Shown one piece after another: positions 52,231 through 64,000 of a stretch of 64,000 nt of DNA. Location of the stretch: contig OX597820.1 in assembly GCA_951406725.2 (NCBI GenBank), forward strand, positions 102,734,001 through 102,798,000, read 5' to 3'. Within the stretch, counting starts at the first letter, position 1. Every line of letters starts with the position of its first letter. A program made the position numbers and the translations under genes. The DNA comes from Octopus vulgaris (lineage: Eukaryota). A model generated the notes under the pieces. That model had not been told where the DNA came from. It searched no databases and worked only from the letters and a program-made list of their open reading frames with translations.

Positions 52231-52232
<2 letters not shown>
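51675..52232 (-). mobile_element. Family C TAA-associated element, apparently full length
   Basis: (tta)n-ttgagtgagagagcagtgcatgcc...cctggtactgcatcagggcat-(tta)n. Confidence 0.9.
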
Positions 52233-52288
<56 letters not shown>

Positions 52289-52295
52289 GTTATTA

Positions 52296-52353
<58 letters not shown>

Positions 52354-52433
52354 CATCATTATTATTATCATACCCATAATCATCATCCTCCTCCTCATCA
52401 TCATTATTATAATTATTATTATTATTGTTATAA

Positions 52434-52494
<61 letters not shown>

Positions 52495-52718
52495 CATCAT
52501 TATTATTATCATCATCATCATCATCATCATCCTCATCATCATTATTATTATTATTATTATTATGTGATAAATACTCACAGCTTATGTTGCTGGGTATGAT
52601 GAAGTAGACTAACATGTAATTTTGAACATGTGGAAGGCACACTAGATGCCGAAATATCGTTCAGCCAATTTCACATAACAACTATGGCACTCTTCTATTT
52701 ATTTCTCTATCATCATCA

Positions 52719-52759
<41 letters not shown>

Positions 52760-53260
52760 TGATGAAAAACTCTAAGCTTATTTTGCTGGGCATGATAGAA
52801 ATTGTCAGCTGTCCACAGCAAACTAAGGCGACATTAGTTTACTGGTCATGCTTGAAGAACCCTGCGAAGAATTCTTGTAGTTCTAAGCAATGCTGATTTT
52901 TGTAGGCGTTCTACCTTTACATTTGTACCAATCTTTTTGAACCATGTTGGTAGCTGAGTGCTGATATTTCCAAGTGCGCCAATTATTATTCACATCTACT
53001 CTCCTCATTGACCACAACTTTCGTATTTGCCACTTCAAACGTTGTAGTTGTTCAGTTTTCTTCTTTCTCTTTGATCTTGTTGTCACAGTGACACGCTATG
53101 TCGATTATCATGCACGTTCTTTCTTTCTTTTTCTCACCGCAACAATGTATGGTTTCCAATGTAGGATCAGGTGATCGTACTGAATCATTGTATCTCACAG
53201 GATTCTGAAGCTCTCATTCTCGGTGACTCTTTCTGGGGTTTACTCTTACCACGTCTTTGC
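52760..53260 (-). pseudogene. R4/Dong RLE fragment
   Basis: Minus-strand ENESFRIL*D..IQYDHL..KPYIV..IIDIA..LKWQIRKLWSMRRVDV..IIGALG; next to (TAA)n. Confidence 0.7.
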
Positions 53261-53404
53261 TCTTTGTAGGCCGTGATTACCACAGAGTATTACAAAGGAT
53301 AATACTTGCCATATTGTCAAGTCTGAATTATTCTTGCCACATGACATGTCGAGATTATTTTTGCCACATTCATTGTCATGTGAATTCATTCTTGCCTATT
53401 ATTA

Positions 53405-53475
<71 letters not shown>

Positions 53476-53649
53476 ATTATTATTATTATTATTATTATTT
53501 TTATTATTTATGCACATCAGATTATATCGTTGGAAAAATTCCTAACATTAGAGGGCAAGAACCTTCTTAAGTATCCTAAGTTTCACTATCATAATACTTT
53601 TGCAATTATCTTGGGAAATCTACCATGCAAAGCTTTCTTTTTTCCAATC

Positions 53650-54060
53650 AGTTAACCTTGTTTCTTTTGGTTTCTTTGATTTTTAACTACATTTGCTTTT
53701 CCCTTTTGTTTCTCTAACTCCTTCTATTGCACAATTAATAACATTTCTTCACTACTACCGACATAGGAGTCTATATCTAATCTAGCTAACGCCACATAGT
53801 CTCCGATATCTATCAACTTCCTTTCTAGGTAAATGCAATTTTGCTAATCCTGCTGTAGGATGGAATCCTTCATTCATAGTAAATTCCTTCCTAGTTCTAT
53901 CTAGACTTGCTAATTCAAATTTTGTCTAGTCTACAACAGGTGTTAAATATCTAAGTAGCGATATTGCCCAAGTATTTACAGCCTTCCCTGGATTCGGACC
54001 ATTTATTTAGTTTTCATTAACATCCTCAACCTGCTCTGATTTACTCTTTCCGTAGTTAGT
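53650..54060 (-). pseudogene. R4/Dong RT C-terminal region fragment
   Basis: Contains an AVNTWAISLLRY-like segment similar to 17225-17290 and 19405-19455. Confidence 0.6.
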
Positions 54061-54158
54061 AATCTGTAAGATTCTAATAAATTTATACATTTGATGTTGT
54101 TTTTCATATTTTCCTAGTAAATTTCATTTTAGTTTTGGTGAGGTTATCAGATTGATTA

Positions 54159-54219
<61 letters not shown>

Positions 54220-54430
54220 TTATATCGTTGGAAAAATTCCTAACATTAGAGGCCAAGAACCTACCTAAGTCTCACTATCATAATAAGATATATTTTGGCT
54301 GCTACGTTCGTAGGCGTCCATATTTTTATTCAACCCGGGCCTGATGTCTCAGTAAATCACAGTTCGAAATTCGTCATTATTTGTAGCTTTATTAATGGGT
54401 TTATTTCACAGTATAGCTAATTTATGTGTA

Positions 54431-54650
54431 CGAGGGCGGGTGTTGTAAAGTTCCTGGCTTTAAGGGTCTCACGACAGGCCTAGTTGGAGGCCTAGAACTT
54501 CGAGTTCTTTTACAGGGCTTAGAAAAACTGGAGGACCGCTGCAATATGTGTGTCAATCTGAGATAGGAGTATGTTGGACAGAATTATAACAACTGGTTCT
54601 CCTATATTTTCATTCACTCAAAGCTAGGACCTTTTTAGCACCCACTCAAA
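54431..54650 (+). mobile_element. Non-autonomous mariner deletion derivative (MITE-like)
   Basis: TA|cgagg..gtgttgtaaagttcctggcttt and aaagctaggacctttttagcacccactc form diverged TIRs. Internal GLEKLEDRCNMCVNL..EYV resembles a mariner C-terminus. Confidence 0.7.
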
Positions 54651-55788
54651 TATATTTTAGATGTTATTGGAAGATAATTTAAGTTGTAATGTGCTTTTGT
54701 TCGTTTCGTCGTTTCGTGTTTAAATATCAAAAGTTCATTTCGTTTGTTCTGTGTTTTGTTCCGTTTCGCTGAATGATTTGATTCGTTTCACAATCTATTT
54801 TGTTTCGTTTCGCCTTGTGCTTTGTTTATCTCAATCTCACTTGTTTGTGTCTGTGTTCATTATGTAATTAGTAATTTGTGCGTGTAATGATAAAAATATC
54901 TGATGTACTTCCTGTTTGATTTAGTCTTGTGTTGATACTTTGGGTTTTTACCAATTCATACAGTAATGTTGTTGGGTTATTTTGCTATATGTCGGTTTCT
55001 TTTTACAGATGAGGGATTTTCACACACAACTTGTACTTGACAAAAAATATATATATAAAATATAAATGTGTAAAAAATATAAGGAGCGTTATCAATCTTT
55101 TATTCATTAAAATGTTCTTTTCCATTTCCTTAATAAATTCCATTCTAGTTTTGATGATGTTATTTGACTATTCAGTACATCTTTAGGACAAGGGTTCGGC
55201 GATCCAGGGTAAATTACCCCAAGTGGGGTAAAACTGAAATTCTTGTGTGTAATGAGAACTTATTAAACATAAGCAAATTATTTAAAACAAAAACGTGTTC
55301 CTTTCTTCTGGTGTGAGGAGGCAGCCAAAACGTTGTTGCCTTTCGCAACATCCTACCTTTGCAAACAAAGATTTTCCAATCTAATCAACGTAAAGACAAA
55401 GCAGTGCAATCGATTGGATCGCGAAGACTGTAACTAATTTGGTCTGGCATCAACTTGCCCCAGTTTTGATGTAATCGTAACAAAAATGAAACATCATTTC
55501 TCCAGAACTTTAAGTGAAAAAATTTCTTGAAAAGTCGCATTTCGTAATGAGGATATCAATCTATTTTATTGCATTTGTTTTATACTTTATATATTTATAA
55601 TTGTATTCTCCATATAAATAGATTCAATAAATCTTTTGAATTCAAAGAATTTATGATTTTCTTCCTTTCAAATTAAGCGGGGACGTCGACATACATAGAG
55701 ATATTTTGGGGTAATTGGTTAAAAAATTTTCCTGACCATGTTTTAGGAGCTACGTTCGTAAGCGTCCATATTTCTACCGAGCCGAGAA

Positions 55789-56017
<229 letters not shown>

Positions 56018-56260
56018 GGAGTTACGTTGAATATGTATCATAAGTGTAAACTGTATATTATTTTTATAAATACATGCTCCTTTATTTCATTTTATTTTGA
56101 TTGTTAAATTATTTGTGTTGTAAGATGATTATTTGGTTTTAGTTATATGGAATGAGTAAATATCAATGCTGAACGTATTTAAACGAATAATAGTCTCATA
56201 GGAACAAACCTACGTAGAGTCTACCGCACTCACATACATAAATATCGACATACACATATG

Positions 56261-56465
56261 CAGTAATCCCTCGACTATCGTGGGTGTTACGTTCCAAAAC
56301 CTCCCACAGAAATAATTAGAATCTAGAAAAATTTAAATAGCTATCGGCCGCAGAAACCCGGCTATACTGAGAAGTCCGCGATATAAATGTATATATATTA
56401 ACCAGAAAAATCCGCGATGTACTGAGTGCGCGATAGTTGAACCGTGATATGGTGAGGGATTATTG
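56261..56465. mobile_element. pogo/Tigger-like MITE
   Basis: TIRs cagtaatccctc and gagggattattg|TA, with internal repeated cgcgata motifs. Confidence 0.7.
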
Positions 56466-56479
56466 TATAACTCTATCAA

Positions 56480-58060
56480 AACCAGTCTTAAGCTTGGTTG
56501 AAAAAGGTGGAAGGCTGGGTGATATGATAACAAATTGAATCTTTAATAAGCGTGTAACGACTGAGAAAACATCGCAAGTAAATCTCCACAAGAAACTTTG
56601 TTTATGAGAGAAGCTGGAGTTCGTCTACCTGGGAAAGATAAGAATAAAGTCCGCAAATAAGTTGGATTCTTGAAGAGCAGGATTCTGAACACTAAAATCC
56701 TAATTATGATCAGTTCCTGGAATGTACGAACATTGCAGGTGAGCGGGAAAATTATGCAACTGATGAGAGAATACAACTATTAATTAGATAGCTTAGAGTG
56801 AAATGGAAAAATAAGCAGCGTTAGCAGAATTATAAATTATTCCAGCCATGAAAAACAGCACAGCTGGGAAACTAGCGCGGTGTTATGTAAAGAGGCTTCC
56901 AAGGCAGATTCACATAGGTTGCAGTCTATTCAAGGAACACTTCATCGTAACGTATTTTCAGCCAAGATGTAGAAACACGATCATCGTCTAAATTTTGTAA
57001 CTATTGAAGATGCATTGTATAATTAGAAGGCCGCTTTCTGTAAGTAACTACAAAACGTAGCCAACAAAATTCCCAGTCATATAAGCTGCTTATATGCAGA
57101 GATCGGAGGATTCATTCCATCGGGCTGTATAGGTTAAGCAAAGAGACAAGGAAAAAAAAACAGAACAACCTTTACTACTATTCGAAAACATAAACAGCTT
57201 CTACATCGACAAACCTATTTTGTATACAAAACGGTCCGCAGGAAGACATAGTACTCTCTTGATAAGAATATCATCAATGACATTGACTGTAGCTACTGCA
57301 ATGCTCACTGTTGATGTCCAGCATCCATTCATTTGAAAACTAATAATGAAATCGGCTAGGTCTACGAAAATACTCGTCAGAAGATCACCTAGTTTCACTT
57401 AATAGGAAAACTAACAATTAAATTGACTGCCTGCTTCAATGCCCAGTAGACATGGCAGAACCTTCTGATGTTGCATAATATCACCAACTAGAGAAGGCGC
57501 CATTAAAACCGCGATCGAAAAAGAAGCTTACTATCATCCAGCCATTTGCTCTGGAGGAGCTGAAGCTTAAAAGAAAGGAGTGGAATGTATTTAAGTTACT
57601 GAAAACTCTCAGTAGCTTTAAAGAACAGTGAATTATGTTCAGAGCATTAATAACAGAAAGTGCAGAATGTGTTATTGAACGTAGGAGAACAGGAAGTAGA
57701 AAGTGTTTGGGGAAATGTTCATAAAATTTCACTGACCAAGGCAGGGTTGTAAATAACAGAGAACAAGCACAAACAGTGAAAGAGAGATAGAAATAACTTC
57801 CACAAAATTATCCCCTTTAGACCAACTAAGGCGAGTTACAAGATCGACAAGAAAGACTGGTCGTCAATAAAATGTTAAGAAGCAGGTAACAGAAATGAAG
57901 CAAAGTAACGTATCACTTTGTCAGAAAGCTTGCAAGTTCAGAAAGTAACTTCTGAGACCCAGATAAGCAGAAAATCATGTAGAAAAAAAAAGAACAAAGT
58001 GCCAGACGATTGGATCAGTTGCAATAAACCCTGAATTAGCTCGTTCTAGTCACACTCTTT
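56480..58060 (+). pseudogene. Old RTE-clade LINE 5' part (UTR and APE endonuclease)
   Basis: ILNTKILIMISSWNVRTLQVSGKIMQLMRE (APE N-terminal WNVRTL motif); highly degenerate downstream. Confidence 0.6.
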
Positions 58061-58109
58061 GGATTTATTTCAAAATCACTAACTGACATTCTGCAAGTAA
58101 TAATTGAGA

Positions 58110-58133
58110 AGCCCAGCGTATATATGTATATAC

Positions 58134-58176
<43 letters not shown>

Positions 58177-58430
58177 TGTGTGTGTGTGTGTGTGTGAGTG
58201 TGTGTGCGTGTGTGCGTGCGTGTGTCTTTGTGTTGCTGTTTGTCCTCCCCACCGCTTGGCAACCGGTGTTGGTGTGTTTACTTAGCAGTTCGGAAAAAGA
58301 TTCCGAGAGAATAAATACCAGACTTATAAAAACCAAGTACTGGGGTATATACATTCGACAAAAAAATTTGTCATGGCGTTGCCCCAACATGGATGCAATA
58401 TAATGACTGAAATAAGTATAAGATAAAAGT
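58110..58430 (+). mobile_element. SINE family A 3' half, diverged
   Basis: (TG)n, then tttgtcctcccaccgcttggcaaccggtgttggtgtgtttac...cccaacatgg..taatgactgaaa. Confidence 0.75.
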
Positions 58431-59175
58431 ATGACAACAAACAAGCTGGACATATTCCATTCACGACACTTTTGGAAGATCCGCATAGTCATCAGGTTAG
58501 GTAGAATTAGAAATCAATAAATTCTTGTGTGGAGCAAATCCAAGCCATTGCAAAACGCTATGTCTCTGCATTGGTTTCACCGAGGAAATAGATGTTCTTG
58601 CCGACTACTTTGTTTGCAAAGACTATAAGTGAAGTGAAAATCAGAATAATGAAAACGAAATATAAAGGGCCTATTCAAGAACACCAGACACTAAACACTA
58701 CTGGAAAACTTGAAGCTGTCAATATATGACTATGAACATCTATTCATATTATAGTCAGTGATATGGCTCCTTGAAATTCCAAATACGTCTTCATTAATTT
58801 TTGAAATAAGTCATACTACGGGAAGTCTCTTAAATCACCATTTCCCATACATCCACGCACACACATTTTACAATGAATCCAATCGTATTCTCTGTATATC
58901 TTCTATGAGTTATTTATCAATGACAACATTGGTCTTTGTCATCCATTAACGACTTGATTACATTCGTTGCATCAAGGCATTCTATCAATTAATACATAAG
59001 ATACAACTTGTATTAATGCGCTGTTTATTTCAGTTTAGAAGTCAGTAAAGCCACTTTTAGCAAAACGTTCAGCAAAACGCGAGAATATATGCGTATTTAT
59101 GTGTGAGTGTTTGCTGAATGAATAATATACCTGAGCATCTATTTTTGCATGCGTTTATGCATATATTCATACTTG

Positions 59176-59266
<91 letters not shown>

Positions 59267-59269
59267 CTC

Positions 59270-59435
59270 ATTAATCCCAAATATAGAAGCAAAAACAATA
59301 AGTAAAAACAACAGACGCTCGGAGAAGGCAAAAGATAGTTTTACGTTTCGAGCAAAGCTCCTCTTCAGAAACAAGAGAAAAAGGAAAGTCCAAGAGAAAA
59401 GGAAGACGGCGGAAAAAGTCGCCTACGATCAACAC
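59270..59435 (-). mobile_element. Penelope-like pLTR fragment (family H1)
   Basis: Homologous to 1690-1880 and set between (CA)n tracts. Confidence 0.6.
59338..59372 (-). ncRNA. Minimal type I hammerhead ribozyme motif
   Basis: GTTT-CTGAAGA-G-GAGC-TTT-GCTC-GAAAC-GTA-AAAC: intact core, perfect 4-bp stems I and II, GUA triplet. Confidence 0.7.
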
Positions 59436-59838
59436 ACACACACACACACACACAAACACATACACATATAGGCGTTATCCATCAAGCTCGCGAGTTTGGC
59501 CGAAAGACCGTATTTATTCCGTCTTCGTCAATCGTTTTAAATTACATTTGTTTACTTTCGTACATCCACTCTGTATCCTTTTATTTGCTAGAGCCCTAAT
59601 TCTCCGCAAATTTTGCGGGTGTCGCTGATATGCGAAGTTCTCAGTCTTATCATTAAAGACATAAAATTGTGTATTAGCATTTCGGTTGATAACTGAAGAA
59701 GAATTAGTCTTGCTGTATCTGTCGTACGTGTATGTTTTTTTTAGTATTTAATGCATTTTTCATTCATTAAGTAACTGAACCACACACATCCCGACTTTTG
59801 TTAACAGTAAGTTTATATATATGCGCGCACACACACAC

Positions 59839-59894
<56 letters not shown>

Positions 59895-60153
59895 AAAGGG
59901 AGTATAACTCCAAACTTACAGGGAAAAATGCAATTAATATTAAATCAAATTTCACAATATATCAGGGGATTGTGCTATTTATGAATATTATTTAAAAAGA
60001 AATTATTGCTTATCAACTTTAAGTTAGTTGGGGGCAATAATGATGTGTTTAGGAATAAAAATACCTATATTAGCTTTATTTTATTTGTATACGCATGCTA
60101 TATTTTAAGTTTTGCTGTTTTTATATGATGGGAATTTTATTCATCGTTATATA

Positions 60154-61387
60154 CACAGGAGTGTGACAAAATAATGGAAACACCTTAAAATGTCAAAATA
60201 ATTTATCTTAATATGGATTAGGACCGCCTTTGGCAGTAATTACAGCGTGAATTCTACGAGGTATGGACTCGTACAAAGTTTGAATTGTTTCCAAAGGAAC
60301 ATTTGCCCATTCTTCAGCTAAAACAGTCTCCAGATCTTGTAGTGATGATGGTGGAGGATATAGACTCTTTATTTGATTTTCTAAAATGCACCACAAATGT
60401 TCAATAATATTGAGATTTGGGGACTGTGGTGGTCGGATAAGGTGTTCAACTTCACTAGAATGTTCTTCGTGCCATTCATTGACAAATTTAGCTGAGTGAA
60501 TTGGTACATTATCATCCTGAAAGATTGCGTTTCCCTCCGGAAACAGTTCCACAATCATAGGATGAATTTGATCAGATAAAATGCTTAAATAGTCTTGACT
60601 AGATATCTGCCATGAAGGGAAGCCATTGGGTCGGCGGCTTTCCAGGATATAGTTCCCACCAGATCATCACAGATCCTCCTCCACGTTTAACAGCTGGAAG
60701 AAGGCAGTCTGGGTCAAATGCTTTTCTTGGCTGTCTCCACACGTATACTCAGCCAGTGGTCGGAAATAAGGTAAAGGACGACTCTTCCACTGCTCTAGGG
60801 ACCAATTCTGCGGGTTTTTATTCCACTCTAAAAGCTTTGAAACGTTTGTTTTTGAAAGTAGTGGTTTTCTGATTGCAGCCCTCCCGTGAAATCCGGTTTT
60901 GTGCAGCTTCTGGGTGATCAGTTTTTATGGAAACTGGGTTTCGAGGTGCTCATTAACCACTGCAGTAATTTTCCGAGCTGTAATTTTGTGACCCTTTCTA
61001 ACAATTCGCGTAAGAGTTCGACGGTCCCTGTCTGAAAGTTTTGGTTTTCTTCCGGATTTTTGTTTCGACGAGGAAGATTTTTCTTCAAAGGCTGTCATCA
61101 CTTTCGAGACAGAACTTATTGATAGACCAAACATTTCGGCTGCTTTCGTTACGCTAGCACTTACCATACGAGCACCAATAATTTCACCTCTTTGGAAGTC
61201 CGATATATCTGTCATTTTAGGTGAATTTTAATTAGCTTTTTCTGATGATATCTGAAAAGAAACAGCAATTTTAGCAAAACGTATTAAGCAACACTAATAA
61301 TAAATCAACAAGCTTTTGACGGTTTTATAGATATTTCAAAATTATGATGCTATGATGCTAGGTATTTCCATTATTTTGTCCAACCCT

Positions 61388-61390
<3 letters not shown>
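60154..61390 (-). mobile_element. Tc1-like DNA transposon with ~31-bp TIRs
   Basis: cacaggagtgtgacaaaataatggaaacacct matches the reverse complement of aggtatttccattattttgtccaaccctgtg, in a TA-rich context. Confidence 0.9.
60208..61215 (-). pseudogene. Tc1-like transposase, DD36E spacing, disrupted
   Basis: MTDISDFQRGEIIGAR..SGRKPKLSDRDRR (HTH, GRPR-like), then FQDDNVPIH...PPQSPNLNIIEHLW with 36 residues between D and E. Confidence 0.9.
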
Positions 61391-61446
<56 letters not shown>

Positions 61447-61521
61447 ATATGTATGTACGTATGTATGTATATATATATATGTGTGTATATATATATGTAT
61501 ATATATAGATAGATATATATG

Positions 61522-61552
<31 letters not shown>

Positions 61553-61906
61553 GCATGTATGTATATGTATATCTATGTCTTTCAAAAACATTTCGTTTAT
61601 GTATATTAAAGGCAGCACTCAAACTATTTAAGCATTATATTTAACTATCAGACAGGACACATATGTTTGAAAACTAGGATGGCGTAAAGTAACAGTTGCT
61701 GGAAGAAATCCATTTAAACCTACACGCATCTATATCTATATTCTCTTTATATGTAATTTTTGTTTATATTTTTGTCATAAGCAGATGTCTTTAAAACAAA
61801 CACACCCTGTGTTGCTATAGAAGCGTAGAGCAGTACGTTTGCCTATTATTAGAAACATTCAATGATTGGAAGGATTGAAGTGGTATAAAGAGGACAAAAC
61901 ATCCGC

Positions 61907-62010
<104 letters not shown>

Positions 62011-62014
62011 TGTA

Positions 62015-62103
<89 letters not shown>

Positions 62104-62590
62104 CATATAGATAGATATAAATATATATTATATTATATTATATTATAACATACCGTATTATAATATATTTAAATTTATTTATGTATATATATATATATAT
62201 ATTATTTATGAATAGGAATATACAGGTATATATACATATATATGTAAGTGCATAGATGTATAAATATAAATATGTATGAAAAGAAATATTTAAATAGATA
62301 CACACATATGTGTGTGGGGTGTCTGTGTGGTGGGATGGATGGCTGGAATGCATCGCCTACGCGATTTTGCGTGGCAGCCTGTGGCTGTGAACTTTATATA
62401 TGTGTTTCCGTGTGCTTGTGTGTGTGTGTATGTGTGTATGTGTGTGTGTGTGTATGTGTGTGTGTGTGTCTGTGTGTGTGTGTGTGTATGCGTATATGTA
62501 AATGCGTACGCTAGTGTGTTTCATGTGCCAGGATGCTTATCAACCTGGCTGCGAAATATAAATGTATGCATGTGTACGTATGTAAATATA

Positions 62591-62642
<52 letters not shown>

Positions 62643-62809
62643 GTTCAAACATACACCTACACATACATAAATATATATAAATTCATATATAGAAATATAT
62701 GTACATTAAATCATGTTCTTTTAAAATTGTTGGAAATATAATTTACCGTTACTACATATTCTTAAATGTGGGCATAGTAAAGGCTTACCTTATATATGTA
62801 TAGATATAT

Positions 62810-62960
62810 ATAGGGGAAGAATGCAGAAAGAAAAAACCAAGGTCGAAGACAGGTGGTGTAGACAACAAACAAATGTATTAGTATAACGCTCGGGAAGTGA
62901 AAAATTCTTTAACATTTCGAGCCTAAGCTCTTCCACAGAAAGTAACACAGAAACAAGGAG
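62810..62960 (-). mobile_element. pLTR fragment (same family as 47225-47400) with degenerate hammerhead at 62907-62942
   Basis: ctttCTGTGGAagagcttaggctcGAAAtgttaaag...cttcccgagcgtta is shared with 47290-47355. Confidence 0.65.
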
Positions 62961-62972
62961 GTATACTTATAT

Positions 62973-63045
<73 letters not shown>

Positions 63046-63074
63046 TATATACACATATTTATATGTACATACAT

Positions 63075-63127
<53 letters not shown>

Positions 63128-63782
63128 TACGTACTTATTAATATAGATATGTACAAAATATAGATATATTATGCACACAATAATTATCTTTCTGTATCTG
63201 TATTTATATGCATTTATTGATAGCAATGAGTATGATAGAATGCATATTCATTTTTGAACAGGTTCTAGATGAAGGTTGTGATTATGGTTATATATATATA
63301 CAGAAACTAGTGAAAAATATAATATAAACATGTATATATAAAACTGAGCAAAGACCATATGCCATATCTGTATATATGACGTTTTTAATTTAGGTTTGTT
63401 GTTCAAATATTGTAATAGCAGTTGTAGCAACGGTTGAAGATTTGAAGTCGCTGAAAGCGATGGTGATTATGGCATTGAATTTGCATAAGCTGATGATTGC
63501 CACCCCAGTATCTAGTGATTGTAATCGTAAAGATGCTGTGAAAGATGATAGATATGGTGCGTAGGGTGATTGATGAGTGTGATGACGATGTATTTAATAG
63601 CACGAAGATGGATGAACTTGGTGTCAATATGCTAGTAGCAGCGGAAATATTTTCCCACCTCCTCCAACACCACCTCCGTTCCCTTCATCATCACATCACC
63701 ATCACCATCTTCACCACATCCCATTTTAAAACATTCTTTGTTGCCCATCTGCTTTATCCCCATCACCTCTATCATTCCCACT

Positions 63783-63817
<35 letters not shown>

Positions 63818-64000
63818 CCTTCTCATCATCATCATCACCATCATCACTATTATCATCATCATCGTCATCATCATCATCATCATCCTTCCATCTTATCACG
63901 GAGCGCCCACGCGGATAAACGTGATCAAATTTGGCGTTTTACCATTATTTACTGGCTTTCACTAGAGGAAATAGTTTTGCCCATACTTATCTCCAGGCCT

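Overview
This window is AT-rich, microsatellite-dense animal DNA. Its repeat content (tRNA-derived SINEs, (TA)n/(CA)n/(TAA)n arrays, R4/Dong-, RTE- and Penelope-type retroelements) looks like an octopod cephalopod; this is inferred from pattern recognition, not from a search. I found no convincing host gene: most ORF-track entries are microsatellite translations, and the real coding signal comes from transposon remnants. Main observations: (1) A set of minimal type I hammerhead ribozyme folds sits in Penelope-like pLTR or retrozyme-like repeats. These include a U3-A8 covariant core in a 360-bp tandem unit with an inverted arm (8452-9081), an A9C core in a 394-bp inverted repeat (42466-44092), and near-canonical copies at 1763-1797 and 59338-59372. 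(2) A young 2.2-kb retroelement encodes only an ORF1-like protein (RRM-like region plus CCHC knuckle, no RT). It is inserted with a perfect 15-bp TSD between the A and B boxes of a tRNA-derived SINE, and has a distant paralogue inside a Helitron-like element. (3) A Tc1 element has both of its TIRs hit at the equivalent position by two different retroelements, one being a precisely joined SINE multimer. (4) A ~555-bp non-coding element occurs only inside (TAA)n tracts, alongside R4/Dong LINE remnants. (5) Several long fold-back palindromes and a DD36E Tc1-like transposase remnant are present. Coordinates were read by eye and the ends of old elements are approximate.
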